Of a stretch of 64,000 nucleotides of DNA, positions 29,611-40,342 are shown piece after piece. The stretch lies in NCBI GenBank assembly GCA_002410925.1, contig DHPR01000033.1, positions 268,397 through 332,396 of the forward strand, given 5' to 3'. The notes beneath the pieces were generated by a model that saw nothing but the letters and a program-made list of their open reading frames with translations, had not been told where the DNA came from and ran no database searches. How positions within the stretch are numbered: the first letter of the stretch is position 1; each line of letters opens with the position of its first letter. The stretch is from a bacterium UBP13_UBA5359 (GTDB lineage: Bacteria; UBP13; UBA5359). The position numbers were made by a program, and so were the translations under genes.

Positions 29611-31305
29611 TCAGAAAAGACCGATGATTCTCCCATCGTCACTCAGGTCAATCCCCTCTGCAGCAGGTTTTGTCGGTAAACCGGGCATGGTACGTATATC
29701 GCCGCAAAGAGGATAGAGGAATCCTGCCCCGACGGAAGCGCGAATCTCTTTGATCGGCAGCCGGAATCCCGATGGGCATCCTTTTAATAATGGATCGTGT
29801 GAGAGTGAAAGATGCGTTTTAGCCATACAGATAGGCAGCCTGTCATATCCCATTTCCGTATACCTGGCTATCCCTTTCTCGGCCGCAGGCAGATAATCAA
29901 CACCCTCTGCTCCATACACTTTGGTAGCGATAATCTCTATCTTTTCCTTTATTGAAATATCCAAATCATACAAAAAACGAAAATCAGCCGGAGTTTCGGC
30001 CGCCCGGATTACAGCTTCGGCCAGTTGGATGCCGCCCTGGCCGCCGGCAGACCAGACATTGCTGATTACAGCCTCAAAAGCACCGGCAGACAACGCCTGC
30101 TCGACGACCATATCTATCTCCGCCTGTGTGTCGGTAGGGAATGAATTAATAGCCACAACTACCGGAATTCCAAATAATGCTGCATTTCTGACTTGCTTTT
30201 GCAAATTGGCACACCCTCTGAACAATGCATCGAGATTCTCTTCCAGCAAGCCCCTGTCAAGGGGCTTGCCGGCTACAATTTTGAAATCTCCGCTATGGCT
30301 CTTCAATGCCCTTACCGTTGCCACAAGAACCACAGCGTTCGGGCGCATGTTGCTATAGCGACATTTTATATTCATGAATTTCTCGGCACCAATATCGGCG
30401 CCAAAGCCGCTTTCCGTCACAACATATCGTCCCAAACGCATAGCAATCATGTCTGCCAGAATGGAGCTGTTGCCATGAGCTATATTGGCAAAGGGGCCGG
30501 TATGAACAATACAAGGATTGTTCTCCAGCGTCTGCAAGAGGTTAGGCTTGATAGCGTCTCGTAAAAGAACGGCCATAGCTCCTGCCGCCTTCAGGTCTTC
30601 AGCCGTAACCGGCCGACCATTTTCTGCAGCAGCTACAACTATGCGTCCCAACCGCTTGCGAAGATCCTTGAGACCGACTGTTAAGGCTAGAATAGCCATC
30701 ACTTCAGAAGATACCGATATGTCGAACCCGGATTCCAAAGGCACGCCGTTCTCTTTGCCGCCAAGCCCGGTTACTATATGCCGAAGAGATCTATCGGATA
30801 TATCGATGACTCGCCGCCAGTTTATAGTATTAAGGTCGATACTCAGCCGGTTACCTTTGATAATACTATTATCCAGCATAGCGGATAATAGATTATGTGC
30901 CGCACTGACGGCATGCACATCACCGGTAAGATGAAGATTGAAGTCTTCCATCGGGACTACCTGCGCATAGCCTCCGCCTGCAGCTCCGCCTTTGATACCG
31001 AATGTCGGCCCCATGGAGGGTTGCCGTATAGTGGCGATTGCCTTCTGTCCTATATGATTCAGAGCCTCTACCAATCCGATAGTGGTAGTGGTTTTACCTT
31101 CACCAAGGGGTGTGGGTGTTATGGCTGTAACATCGATATACTTAGCATCCGGCCTCTGCTCATACTTCTCTATGACATCCAAATTTATTTTAGCCTTGTA
31201 TTTGCCGTACAGCTCTATATCATCGCTATCCAATCCCAGTGATGCAGCAATATCGGTTATGGGTTTCAGTTTGGCAGCCTGGGCAATCTTCAGATCACTC
31301 AGCAT
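29611..31305 (-). CDS. fhs: Formate--tetrahydrofolate ligase
   Basis: TPTPLGEGKTT, KGGAAGGGY, GPFANIAHG, TESGFGADIG, MPGLP. Confidence 0.97.
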   Translation of the reverse strand: MLSDLKIAQAAKLKPITDIAASLGLDSDDIELYGKYKAKINLDVIEKYEQRPDAKYIDVTAITPTPLGEGKTTTTIGLVEALNHIGQKAIATIRQPSMGPTFGIKGGAAGGGYAQVVPMEDFNLHLTGDVHAVSAAHNLLSAMLDNSIIKGNRLSIDLNTINWRRVIDISDRSLRHIVTGLGGKENGVPLESGFDISVSSEVMAILALTVGLKDLRKRLGRIVVAAAENGRPVTAEDLKAAGAMAVLLRDAIKPNLLQTLENNPCIVHTGPFANIAHGNSSILADMIAMRLGRYVVTESGFGADIGAEKFMNIKCRYSNMRPNAVVLVATVRALKSHSGDFKIVAGKPLDRGLLEENLDALFRGCANLQKQVRNAALFGIPVVVAINSFPTDTQAEIDMVVEQALSAGAFEAVISNVWSAGGQGGIQLAEAVIRAAETPADFRFLYDLDISIKEKIEIIATKVYGAEGVDYLPAAEKGIARYTEMGYDRLPICMAKTHLSLSHDPLLKGCPSGFRLPIKEIRASVGAGFLYPLCGDIRTMPGLPTKPAAEGIDLSDDGRIIGLF

Positions 31306-31319
31306 ATTTTATCCTTTCT

Positions 31320-31886
31320 CTACTTATCTTTAACAAGCAGATTCATCATCTCCGACCTGGTCGCCATCTTTGTTCTGAATATACCGCGAACGGCCGATGT
31401 AAGGGTCGATGTACCCGGTTTCTGAACGCCGCGCATGGACATGCACATGTGCTCTGCCTCAATGATTACCATCACGCCCATGGGGTTCAATTGCTGCTCC
31501 AGAGCATCGGCAATCTGCGCGGTCAGACGCTCCTGTACCTGTAATCGTCTGGCATACATATCAACAATTCTGATGAGCTTGGAAAGACCGGTCACTCTGC
31601 CGCCCTGCGGTATATAAGCCACATGGGCCTTGCCTACAAAAGGAAGCATATGATGCTCGCAGAGTGAATAAAGAGGAATATCCTTTACCAGTACCATCTC
31701 ATCGTAATCTTTCTCAGTAAAAACGCGCACGACACTGGTAGGATCTACGCCGATCCCCTTAAGAATTTCGCCATACATTCTGGCTACTCTGGCCGGAGTG
31801 TCGCGCAAGCCTTCGCGCTCAGGATCCTCGCCCACAGCCTCCAGTATCATCCGCACGGCTGCTTTAATTTTATCCTTATCTATCAT
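31320..31886 (-). CDS. folE: GTP cyclohydrolase I
   Basis: [39 protein letters not shown]. Confidence 0.97.
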   Translation of the reverse strand: MIDKDKIKAAVRMILEAVGEDPEREGLRDTPARVARMYGEILKGIGVDPTSVVRVFTEKDYDEMVLVKDIPLYSLCEHHMLPFVGKAHVAYIPQGGRVTGLSKLIRIVDMYARRLQVQERLTAQIADALEQQLNPMGVMVIIEAEHMCMSMRGVQKPGTSTLTSAVRGIFRTKMATRSEMMNLLVKDK

Positions 31887-31890
31887 TTCA

Positions 31891-32733
31891 CTACAGCGAC
31901 CTTTCCGCAGCTTTCACAGTATTGCTCATCAGCATGGCTATGGTCATCGGCCCTACGCCGCGCGGCACAGGAGTGATATAGCCGGCCACCTTCTGCACCT
32001 GGTCGAAATTGACATCTCCTACCTGGCGATCGCCCACTTTATTTGTGCCGACATCGATCACCACGGCCCCGGGCTTTACCATATCTCCGGTAATAATTTC
32101 AGGCTTACCGACTGCCGCTACCAAGATATCCGCCTGCCGGCATACCTCCGGCAGGTTAGCCGTTTTTGAATGACATATCGTCACCGTAGCATTCTCTCTT
32201 AGCAGCAGAATAGCCGCGGGCTTGCCGACCATATTGCTTCGTCCCACTACTACAGCCTGTTTGCCGGCCATCGGTAGGCCGGTATGCTCTATCAGCTTGA
32301 TGATACCGGCTGGTGTGCAGGGAATAAAAGCTGCATCACCTATCAACAGCTTGCCGATATTCAACGGATGCAGACCATCTACATCCTTCCGCGGCTCAAT
32401 AGCATTGATAACCTCACCGGCATTAAATCCGGAAGGCAGCGGCAATTGAACTAATATACCGTGTATGGCAGAATCGGCGTTCAGCCGCTTTATCAAGTTC
32501 AGAAGCTCGCACTGGGATACTTTTGCCTCCAGTTTATGCTCCTCCGAACGAAGACCAAAACGCTCGCAAGCTCTTTTCTTCATATTGACATATATTCTTG
32601 AAGCTGGATCATCGCCGACCAGCACTACCGCCAGCCCGGGGCGCACATTCTTCCGTGCAAGAATATCTATGCGCTCCGTTAATTTGTTATAAACAGTGTC
32701 AGCCACTGCCCTACCATCGATAACAACAGCCAT
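31891..32733 (-). CDS. folD: Methylene-THF dehydrogenase/cyclohydrolase
   Basis: [43 protein letters not shown]. Confidence 0.97.
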   Translation of the reverse strand: MAVVIDGRAVADTVYNKLTERIDILARKNVRPGLAVVLVGDDPASRIYVNMKKRACERFGLRSEEHKLEAKVSQCELLNLIKRLNADSAIHGILVQLPLPSGFNAGEVINAIEPRKDVDGLHPLNIGKLLIGDAAFIPCTPAGIIKLIEHTGLPMAGKQAVVVGRSNMVGKPAAILLLRENATVTICHSKTANLPEVCRQADILVAAVGKPEIITGDMVKPGAVVIDVGTNKVGDRQVGDVNFDQVQKVAGYITPVPRGVGPMTIAMLMSNTVKAAERSL

Positions 32734-32773
32734 ATTAACCTCCTCTATATGCTAGCTATGCCTATAACCAATT

Positions 32774-34165
32774 TCACAAGCCTTTGGCCTTTAAATATTG
32801 ATCTATATTCCTGGCAGCAATCTTGCCGGCACCCATAGCGGCTATGACAGTAGCCGCTCCGGTAACAATATCGCCACCGGCATAAACGCCGGGAATGCTG
32901 GTGGCCATAGTATCAGGATCAGCCGTTATATTGCCCCGTTTATTTGTCTCCAAACCGCCGGTGCTCTGTACAAGCAATGGATTTGGTCCCTGGCCGATGG
33001 CCACGATAACCGTATCCACATCAAGCACGTATTCCGATTCTTCAATAACCACAGGCCGGCGCCTGCCGCTTTCATCGGGTTCGCCCAGTTCCATACGAAT
33101 ACATTCCATACCCTTGACCCAGCCCTTCTCATCACCCAGAATGGCCACAGGGCTATTCAGAAGCTTAAAATCAATGCCTTCCTCGTGTCCATGATGTTTT
33201 TCTTCCGCACGAGCCGGCATCTCTTCCCAGGCACGTCTATAAACTATGCTCACTTTCTCCGCACCCAAGCGTAAAGCTGTTCTGGCAGCGTCCATGGCCA
33301 CATTGCCGCCGCCTACTACGGCAACATGCCGGCCGATACGCACCGGAGTGTCATACTCCGGAAAACGGTAGGCTCGCATCAGATTTACACGAGTCAAAAA
33401 TTCATTGGCAGAGTAAACACCATTTAAATTTTCACCGGGAAGGCCCAAAAAATAGGGCAACCCGGCACCTGTACCGATAAAGACGGCCTTATAGCCATCG
33501 GCAAAGAGATCATCGATGGACAGCGTAGCGCCTACCAGCATATTATATCTGATATCCACTCCAAGACTGCGGATATATCCTACCTCCTCATCGAGAATAG
33601 TCTTGGGCAGTCGGAATTCCGGTATACCGTATCTAAGAACGCCTCCAGGCGCATGCAATGCCTCAAAGAGGACAACCTCGTATCCCAACAAGGCTAGATC
33701 GGCAGCTGCGGTGAGTCCTGCTGGGCCCGCACCGACAACCGCCACTTTGGTTTTACTCCCGGAGGATGGTGCAGCCGCCATCCCGGTCTGGCGATGCTCT
33801 CTCTCATAATCAGCCACAAACCGCTCCAGCCTGCCGATAGCTACCGACTCGCCCTTTCGGCCCAGAACACAATGGGCTTCGCATTGGCTCTCCTGCGGGC
33901 AGACACGTCCGCAAATGGCAGGCAGACTGTTCTTACGCCTAATAATCTCAACAGCGCCTATGAAATCGCTCTCCTTTACCCTGGAAATGAACTCCGGGAT
34001 ATCTACTTCAACCGGGCATCCCTGGGTACAGGGGCGTTTCTTGCAGCCTAGACAACGTGACGCTTCCTGTAATGCCTCGCATTCATTATAACCGTAAGGC
34101 ACCTCATCAAAGTTCTTTATCCGCTCTTCTGGAGATTGCTCTCGCATTCTTACCTTATCCGACAC
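32774..34165 (-). CDS. nfnB: NfnB/SudA large subunit (GltD-like) of an electron-bifurcating transhydrogenase
   Basis: RCLGC...C..GCP, CGRVCPQE.QCE, two Rossmann motifs; paired with nfnA. Confidence 0.88.
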   Translation of the reverse strand: MSDKVRMREQSPEERIKNFDEVPYGYNECEALQEASRCLGCKKRPCTQGCPVEVDIPEFISRVKESDFIGAVEIIRRKNSLPAICGRVCPQESQCEAHCVLGRKGESVAIGRLERFVADYEREHRQTGMAAAPSSGSKTKVAVVGAGPAGLTAAADLALLGYEVVLFEALHAPGGVLRYGIPEFRLPKTILDEEVGYIRSLGVDIRYNMLVGATLSIDDLFADGYKAVFIGTGAGLPYFLGLPGENLNGVYSANEFLTRVNLMRAYRFPEYDTPVRIGRHVAVVGGGNVAMDAARTALRLGAEKVSIVYRRAWEEMPARAEEKHHGHEEGIDFKLLNSPVAILGDEKGWVKGMECIRMELGEPDESGRRRPVVIEESEYVLDVDTVIVAIGQGPNPLLVQSTGGLETNKRGNITADPDTMATSIPGVYAGGDIVTGAATVIAAMGAGKIAARNIDQYLKAKGL

Positions 34166-34995
34166 TTGTGTTCCTCTTTTCTGTACCTATCATAGGCCAT
34201 CTTTTCTTCTTCACTGAAACGAGTCTGTCTTCTCAGCAGCTCTGCAAAATCAACTTTATGCCCGTCAAAATCCGGCCCATCGACACAGGAGAACCTTGTC
34301 TCTCCGCCTACGGTAACACGACAACCGCCACACATGCCGGTACCATCCACCATCAAGGCATTGAGACTCACCACAGTGGATATGTCATACTTCCGGGTAA
34401 GATCAGCTACCGCTTTCATCATCGGCAGAGGTCCGATGGCAACAGCCATATTTACCTTCTCTCCGCCTTCGACAATATTCCTGACAGCATCAGTTACAAA
34501 GCCATGCAGGCCATAACTGCCGTCATCCGTAGTATAATGAACCGCATCGCTTACGGCTTCCATCTCAGCCTGAAAAAAGATCAAATCCTTTGATCGTGCG
34601 CCTATAACAGAGATAAGCCTGTTTCCTGCTTCCTTGAAGGCCTTCGCTATGGGATATACAGGTGCAACCCCCACACCGCCTGCGACGCAGAGAACTGTTC
34701 CCGCCCGCTCTATATGTGTAGCATGTCCCAGCGGCCCCAGCACATCGGTCAGAGCATCTCCCTCCTGTAAAGCACAGATTTCGGAAGAACTCTTGCCTAC
34801 ACTCTGCACCACCAGAGTTATCGTTCCCTTTTGACGATCATAATCTGCAATAGTCAGCGGTATGCGCTCACCCTTTTCTCCATTTCGCACAACCACAAAA
34901 TGCCCGGCCTGTGCCTTGGCCGCCACCATCGGAGCCGATACGACCAGGAGCCTGATACTCTCTGCCAGATCAGCTGCATATCCTATCTTATACAT
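34150..34995 (-). CDS. nfnA: NfnA/SudB small subunit
   Basis: GERIPLTIAD, GPLG, MVDGTGMCGGCR...CVDGPDF. Confidence 0.88.
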   Translation of the reverse strand: MYKIGYAADLAESIRLLVVSAPMVAAKAQAGHFVVVRNGEKGERIPLTIADYDRQKGTITLVVQSVGKSSSEICALQEGDALTDVLGPLGHATHIERAGTVLCVAGGVGVAPVYPIAKAFKEAGNRLISVIGARSKDLIFFQAEMEAVSDAVHYTTDDGSYGLHGFVTDAVRNIVEGGEKVNMAVAIGPLPMMKAVADLTRKYDISTVVSLNALMVDGTGMCGGCRVTVGGETRFSCVDGPDFDGHKVDFAELLRRQTRFSEEEKMAYDRYRKEEHKCRIR

Positions 34996-35054
34996 AACTA
35001 TTATCTATCCTGCCTTCCTTTTTAGTATCCCCAACAAGCACAATAATTTACTGG

Positions 35055-35873
35055 CTATCTCTCCGACAAACCGTTACAGCTGCTGAGAGCAGACTCTCTT
35101 GATGCTGTTATATAATTAATACAAAATTCGTCTCGTCCCGACAAAGCTTCCGCAGCCAGCAATTCCGCCATCAGATCCTTATCATTCGGGTCCAGTATAA
35201 CCGCATCCAGGCCAACCATAACAGCCATAGCAAGGAATGCCCTGTTCAGCAGCCTCCTGTGCGGAAGGCCATAGGAGATATTGCTTAAACCACATATAGT
35301 ATGTACGCTCGGATAAAGACGCATAATACCTTCTATGACGGTTAAAGCCACCTTGGCACTATCTCCTCCTACGCTGACAGGGCGAAGCAGGGGATCGAAA
35401 TAAATATCTTCGGCTTTCACACCGCCGGCGAGCAGATCGTTGTAAAGTCTGCCGGCTATGTCAATTCTTTCCGTCGCCCCTTCGGGAATGCCTTTGTCAT
35501 CCATACAGAGGGCAATAACAGCACAACCATAATCCCTTATCAGAGGCAGCGTATTATCATAACGCGCCGTCTCAGCAGTTATTGAATTAACCATGGCCTT
35601 GCCTTTATGAACTTCAAGCGCCTTTGCCAAAGCCAGAGGGTTCGGAGTATCGATGCATAAAGGCTTATCTACAACAGCCTGAACCGTCTTCACCAGCCAT
35701 TCCAGCATCGCAACTTCATCATTTACAAAGGTACCGGCATTGACATCAATATAATCGGCGCCTGCCTCAGCCTGCATACGAGCAAGGTTACCGATAAAAT
35801 GTGAATCACCATTTCTTACAGCAGCTTCCACTTCCTTACGACTGGTATTTATCTTTTCACCGATTATGATCAT
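35055..35873 (-). CDS. acsE: Methyl-THF:corrinoid methyltransferase (AcsE-like pterin-binding protein)
   Basis: MIIIGEKINTSR, IDVNAG, LCIDTP, MVNSIT, FDPL, CGLSNISYGLP. Confidence 0.82.
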   Translation of the reverse strand: MIIIGEKINTSRKEVEAAVRNGDSHFIGNLARMQAEAGADYIDVNAGTFVNDEVAMLEWLVKTVQAVVDKPLCIDTPNPLALAKALEVHKGKAMVNSITAETARYDNTLPLIRDYGCAVIALCMDDKGIPEGATERIDIAGRLYNDLLAGGVKAEDIYFDPLLRPVSVGGDSAKVALTVIEGIMRLYPSVHTICGLSNISYGLPHRRLLNRAFLAMAVMVGLDAVILDPNDKDLMAELLAAEALSGRDEFCINYITASRESALSSCNGLSER

Positions 35874-36126
35874 TTGCTCCTCACCTTCAGTGTTTTACTG
35901 CCTGCCACATCGAAGCTCGCAAAGCATAGGCGGGTGTCTTAACCTGCAAACGTGCCTCAAGCTCAAAGAATCCACTCTGTTTTCACTTCCCAAACAGACC
36001 GGATGCTTCATATATTAACCGCTAATCCGTATTTCTGGCAAGAGCCAACACGGCTGCTGTGAAATAACTTCAGGCGGTAATTCAGCACGCAAGCCCTTCT
36101 TTCTCTTATCCTCCGACCAAGCACCC

Positions 36127-37128
36127 TTAGATCTGTTTGGCTTGCAACGCAGTTATGGCTGTAACATTCACGATATCCTCTACATTGCATCCGCGCGATA
36201 AATCGTTCACCGGTTTGGCAAGCCCTTGCAGTATAGGTCCATAAGCCTCAGCCTTTGCCAACCGTTCCACCAGCTTGTAACCTATATTGCCCGCCTGCAG
36301 ATCTGGAAAGATCAAAACATTGGCCAGACCCTTCAGTGGACTGCTCTCGGCTTTTTTAGCCGCCACACCGGGAACGATCGCTGCATCTGCCTGCAATTCT
36401 CCATCAAGCTTCAAATCCGGACGTTTTTCATGTGCAATACGAGTTGCCTCCACCACCTTATCCACCAGAGGATGGCTGGCGCTTCCCTTGGTAGAAAAAG
36501 AGAGCAGCGCCACTTTGGGCTCTGAAAATCCCAACAGCCTTACAGCCGTATCAGCTGAGGCGATAGCTATATCAGCCAAGCCTTCAGCAGTGGGGTCAGG
36601 TGTCAAGCCGCAATCCGCAAAAATAAAAGTTCCATCCTCGCCAAAGCTATGATCAGGCACAACCATAGCGAAAAAGCTGGATACCTGATTCACTCCGGGC
36701 GCCGTCTTGATTACCTGCAATGCAGGCCTTACTGTATCCGCCGTTGCATGGGAAGCTCCCGCTACCTCTCCGTCAGCGTCACCGTTCTTCACCATAAGTA
36801 CAGCATAATACATAGGATCTTTAGCTGTTTCCAACGCCTCTTCGGGGGTCATTCCTTTGCTGCGACGCAATTCGTAAAGCAGTTCGGCGTATTTCTCTAA
36901 ATTTTCGGAAAGAAGAGGATTTATGATCTGCACACCAGAGAGAGAAATACCTCTTTCAGCAGCTTTCTCTCTGATAACTTTTTCATCGCCCAGCAAAACG
37001 GCTCTGGCTATTCTCTCCCTTGTTACCATAGAGGAGGCGATTATCAGTCGTTCATCCTCACCTTCCGGGTAGACTATCCGCTTATCCAAAGAGACCGCTT
37101 CTTGTCTGATCCTTTTAATAACGCTCAT
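36127..37128 (-). CDS. pta: Phosphate acetyltransferase (catalytic domain only)
   Basis: [50 protein letters not shown]. Confidence 0.96.
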   Translation of the reverse strand: MSVIKRIRQEAVSLDKRIVYPEGEDERLIIASSMVTRERIARAVLLGDEKVIREKAAERGISLSGVQIINPLLSENLEKYAELLYELRRSKGMTPEEALETAKDPMYYAVLMVKNGDADGEVAGASHATADTVRPALQVIKTAPGVNQVSSFFAMVVPDHSFGEDGTFIFADCGLTPDPTAEGLADIAIASADTAVRLLGFSEPKVALLSFSTKGSASHPLVDKVVEATRIAHEKRPDLKLDGELQADAAIVPGVAAKKAESSPLKGLANVLIFPDLQAGNIGYKLVERLAKAEAYGPILQGLAKPVNDLSRGCNVEDIVNVTAITALQAKQI

Positions 37129-37152
37129 TTTTACCTCCCAATATTTTTGCGC

Positions 37153-38241
37153 TTAATTCAATAACTCCAAAAGCGCATCAACATTAATATAACTCTCGAT
37201 TATCTCAGCAGCGAGTGCAATCTTTACGCTATCTGTGCCGCGTATCTTAACCGTTAGATCATTAATGGCTGAAGCTGCCTTATACGTATCCATTGTCGTA
37301 GCCAGAATAGGCAGGTTGATCTTCTTCAATAAATCCAGAATAGAAGTATGCGGCATTATGCCGCCTGTCAGGAGTATTCCCGAAATCATCGGCTCGTCAG
37401 ATAAATTATGCTTGATCATAGCCGCCAAAAGCATATCTTCACGATCTCCCGGCGCTATCAGCAAAGAGCCCGGCTTTATAACGGTCAAGGCCTGATGCGG
37501 GGTCATGGCGCCAATGAAGAAGTCCTTAACCATTCTGTTAAGGACCTCGCTGCCGCTGAGAATTTCGCATTCCAGTCCTTCCACTATCTGATCTATAGTA
37601 GGATTGGAAAGCACATCGTTATATGGCAAGGAGCCAAGCAAGCTTATGCTCTTCCTTCCCAGGCCTAATCTCAGATAATGGCTGATTTTCTCATATTTGG
37701 CTGGTAAAACCTTATTGATAACCGTACCTATGACATCTACGCCTTCAAGCTTGAATAAGGCTGTGCTAAGACTTATCTCATCTATCGGCCTACCGACGCC
37801 CCCCTGGGAGACAATCACTACCTTTGCTCCGAGCATCCCGGCAACAGTAGCGTTGGATAGATCAAAAACAGAGCCCACACCGGCATGCCCCGTGCCTTCT
37901 ATAACGACAAAGTCTTTATCGGCAGCCACTCTGGCATAGGAAGCCATGATTCGCTCACGCAAAGGCTTGTAATTCCCGGATTCAATGTAATCCTCGGTAA
38001 ATCCCCTTGCTATCGCAATAGGGCTCATATCCGACAGGGCGTCGTCAAGATTGAAAACCTCCTTTGCCAGAATGGAATCTTCATCTACTTTGTGACCATC
38101 TATCTCCAGGTAGCGTTGTCCCACCGGCTTGATAAAACCGACGCGCAGATTTCTTTTGCGTAGAGCCGATATAAGTCCCAGTGAAAGCATAGTTTTGCCG
38201 TCATTGCGCATAGTGGCGGCAACAAAGATTTTTTTAGCCAT
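37153..38241 (-). CDS. BioD-like P-loop plus DRTGG domain protein (Pta N-terminal-like)
   Basis: NDGKTMLSLG, GFIKPVG, VVIEGTGH, PGDRED, ILLTGG. Confidence 0.88.
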   Translation of the reverse strand: MAKKIFVAATMRNDGKTMLSLGLISALRKRNLRVGFIKPVGQRYLEIDGHKVDEDSILAKEVFNLDDALSDMSPIAIARGFTEDYIESGNYKPLRERIMASYARVAADKDFVVIEGTGHAGVGSVFDLSNATVAGMLGAKVVIVSQGGVGRPIDEISLSTALFKLEGVDVIGTVINKVLPAKYEKISHYLRLGLGRKSISLLGSLPYNDVLSNPTIDQIVEGLECEILSGSEVLNRMVKDFFIGAMTPHQALTVIKPGSLLIAPGDREDMLLAAMIKHNLSDEPMISGILLTGGIMPHTSILDLLKKINLPILATTMDTYKAASAINDLTVKIRGTDSVKIALAAEIIESYINVDALLELLN

Positions 38242-38256
38242 AATACCACCAGTCGT

Positions 38257-38817
38257 TTATGGAACAAGACGAGCAAGAGCTGAGCGATATGCCTTAAACT
38301 CCTTGCTTCCCGCCGTTCTTATTATCTCAAAGAGTGCGCTCTCCACGGTTGTCAGAACAACCCCGGATCTTTCCGCCCGTTTCAAGGCCATATCCATATC
38401 CATCTCACGCTGCGATGAAACGGCATCCGCCATAATATACGGGTTATACCCTTTATCCGCCAGATCAAGAGCCGTCTGCAGCACACAGACATGTGCCTCC
38501 ACACCAGCGATAACTATATCCGTTCTCTCCAAATCGTCAAGAGTCCTGTTGAAGCTCTCTTCACCACAGCAGCTAAAGCTCATTTTCTCAAAGAGCTTGC
38601 ATCGACTCAGAAAAGGCTGAAGCCTGTCGACCGTTGCTCCCAATCCTTTAGGATACTGCTCTGTTACCATTACCGGCAGATCCAGAGCCTGAAAAACGGC
38701 CGCAGCTCTTTCAGCCTGGCCAATTATTTTCATACTATTAAGGACAACCGGCATCAGCTTCTCCTGCATATCGATCACCAGCAGCAGGGCTCTGTTCTTA
38801 TTTATATGCTTGATCAC
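38257..38817 (-). CDS. Isochorismatase-family hydrolase (YcaC-like)
   Basis: LLVIDMQEKL, TEQYPKGLG, KMSFSC, GVEAHVCVLQT; AAAGGA RBS before GTG 38817. Confidence 0.9.
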   Translation of the reverse strand: MIKHINKNRALLLVIDMQEKLMPVVLNSMKIIGQAERAAAVFQALDLPVMVTEQYPKGLGATVDRLQPFLSRCKLFEKMSFSCCGEESFNRTLDDLERTDIVIAGVEAHVCVLQTALDLADKGYNPYIMADAVSSQREMDMDMALKRAERSGVVLTTVESALFEIIRTAGSKEFKAYRSALARLVP

Positions 38818-38895
38818 TTGGATTATTCCTTTCGCACAATGGAGCACCATTGCCGAACTTTTATAAAACTATTTTATACTGAGTCGGCGTTACGG

Positions 38896-40320
38896 TCAAT
38901 CTTGATACTCCTCATATCTATCTACTCTGAAACGCCATAGTTGAATATCTTCGTCATTTCGTATGCCGGCTTTACGCCTGGCAATATCTATCTGCTCTTC
39001 CGGCGTATCAACCCCCTCAAGATTGGGCAATAGCAAGCCGCTTTTGGCACCTGCTTTAACGATAACTCCATATACAAGAGGATCCAGTTCCTCCGGGCCG
39101 GATATGAGCTCCGGCTCGTGAAGAAGATCCACTGCATAAGATAACCGGGATAATTCGTGTCGGCTTATGCCAGGAAAACGAGGGTCTGCAACAGCGGCGC
39201 TGATAGCATTACGACACACCTCTTCCGCAATGCTCTTTTCAGTCGGATAAAGAGTGCCTATGCATCCGCGTAATCCGCCCTCGTGCTTTATACAGACAAA
39301 GGCTCCTGCCCTGCTCTGCCGCCAATGAGGAGCTATTAGGCCGGGATCGTCAGGCTTCGCCCCTGTATTAACATAGCTTTCCACTGCATATCTGGCTAAA
39401 GTGAGCAGCTCCTTTCCTCTGATAATATCCGCATCTTCAGAGAAACGCTCTGCGCTGTAGAGAGCGGCAGCCAGGTTTCGTTTTGGCTTCAAGCCCTTGA
39501 TACGATAATACAGGTTCAGATATCCAACGCCGTAAGGTCCTTCATATGAAAGTTTGACGGCTTCAACATTCAATCCGTTGACAGCTCCCAGTAGTGCCAT
39601 AGCTGAGCGATAACCGCATTCCCCGGCCTCTCTGCGCAAATCCGGATCAATGGTTACCAGAGAAATGGGATCGGCTTTTAAGAGAGCCGCTATTACGGCT
39701 TCATCAAACTCATATGCCCTGGGACTATATCCCGCTGGCGCAGATAATGTCAATCTATGAGACAAATCTCCGCTGGCAACGAAAGCTACTTTCCGATCCA
39801 GAACAATAGCGGCTTTCTGGACAGCTTCCCCCATAACGTAGTGATCCTCATATGACGTATCCAAACCTATTGAAAGAGCTACCATGGGGATCTGTAAACC
39901 TGCTTCCTGCAGATAATGCAGAAATACTAATATTCCATGGTCCAGAGTCGGCCAAACCACAGCACTCGCCGTTTCCGGAGTAATGCTATTTACAGCTACA
40001 TTTGCCAAATTAGCCTGATTCATTATCTCGCCAGCCAGTTCCTTATCTCCAGCAATCTCATACTCAGCCTCAGGAGCACCAAAAGAGGAGAGATCTCCTT
40101 GCAAAAGAGGTAGCTCCAGAACGGTAATACTGCTGTCAACATAAGGACTGTGAGGAGTAATTATAGCAACCGTCTCAGCACCGGAAGCACGTAGCTCTCT
40201 TGCCATCTCCTGCATGCCTGCAACGGTTGCAGCTACATTCTTTATCTCTTTTCCGCCCACGGCCGGAATCAGCAATGGTGGGTGCGGTACAATTCCCGCA
40301 AAGACAATATTTGCCGGCAT
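38896..40320 (-). CDS. LigB/MEMO-like domain fused to an AMMECR1 domain (AmmeMemoRadiSam protein A type)
   Basis: VPHPP, LDHG, ASGDLSHRL, GECG, YEGPYGVGY; GAFV...LRGCIGT, DPRF, GLLLPNLEG. Confidence 0.88.
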   Translation of the reverse strand: MPANIVFAGIVPHPPLLIPAVGGKEIKNVAATVAGMQEMARELRASGAETVAIITPHSPYVDSSITVLELPLLQGDLSSFGAPEAEYEIAGDKELAGEIMNQANLANVAVNSITPETASAVVWPTLDHGILVFLHYLQEAGLQIPMVALSIGLDTSYEDHYVMGEAVQKAAIVLDRKVAFVASGDLSHRLTLSAPAGYSPRAYEFDEAVIAALLKADPISLVTIDPDLRREAGECGYRSAMALLGAVNGLNVEAVKLSYEGPYGVGYLNLYYRIKGLKPKRNLAAALYSAERFSEDADIIRGKELLTLARYAVESYVNTGAKPDDPGLIAPHWRQSRAGAFVCIKHEGGLRGCIGTLYPTEKSIAEEVCRNAISAAVADPRFPGISRHELSRLSYAVDLLHEPELISGPEELDPLVYGVIVKAGAKSGLLLPNLEGVDTPEEQIDIARRKAGIRNDEDIQLWRFRVDRYEEYQD

Positions 40321-40342
40321 AATGCACCTCCATCTATTTATT

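Noticed and set aside
32774-34165. Glutamate synthase small subunit
   Set aside because: No gltB nearby; pairing with an NfnA-type gene favours NfnAB.
35874-36126. THF, ZTP or cobalamin riboswitch ahead of acsE and the folate genes
   Set aside because: I could not find the conserved core motifs by eye; an Rfam scan would settle it.
29611-37128. Claim of a complete Wood-Ljungdahl pathway
   Set aside because: CODH/ACS, CoFeSP, MetF and Fdh are not in the window.
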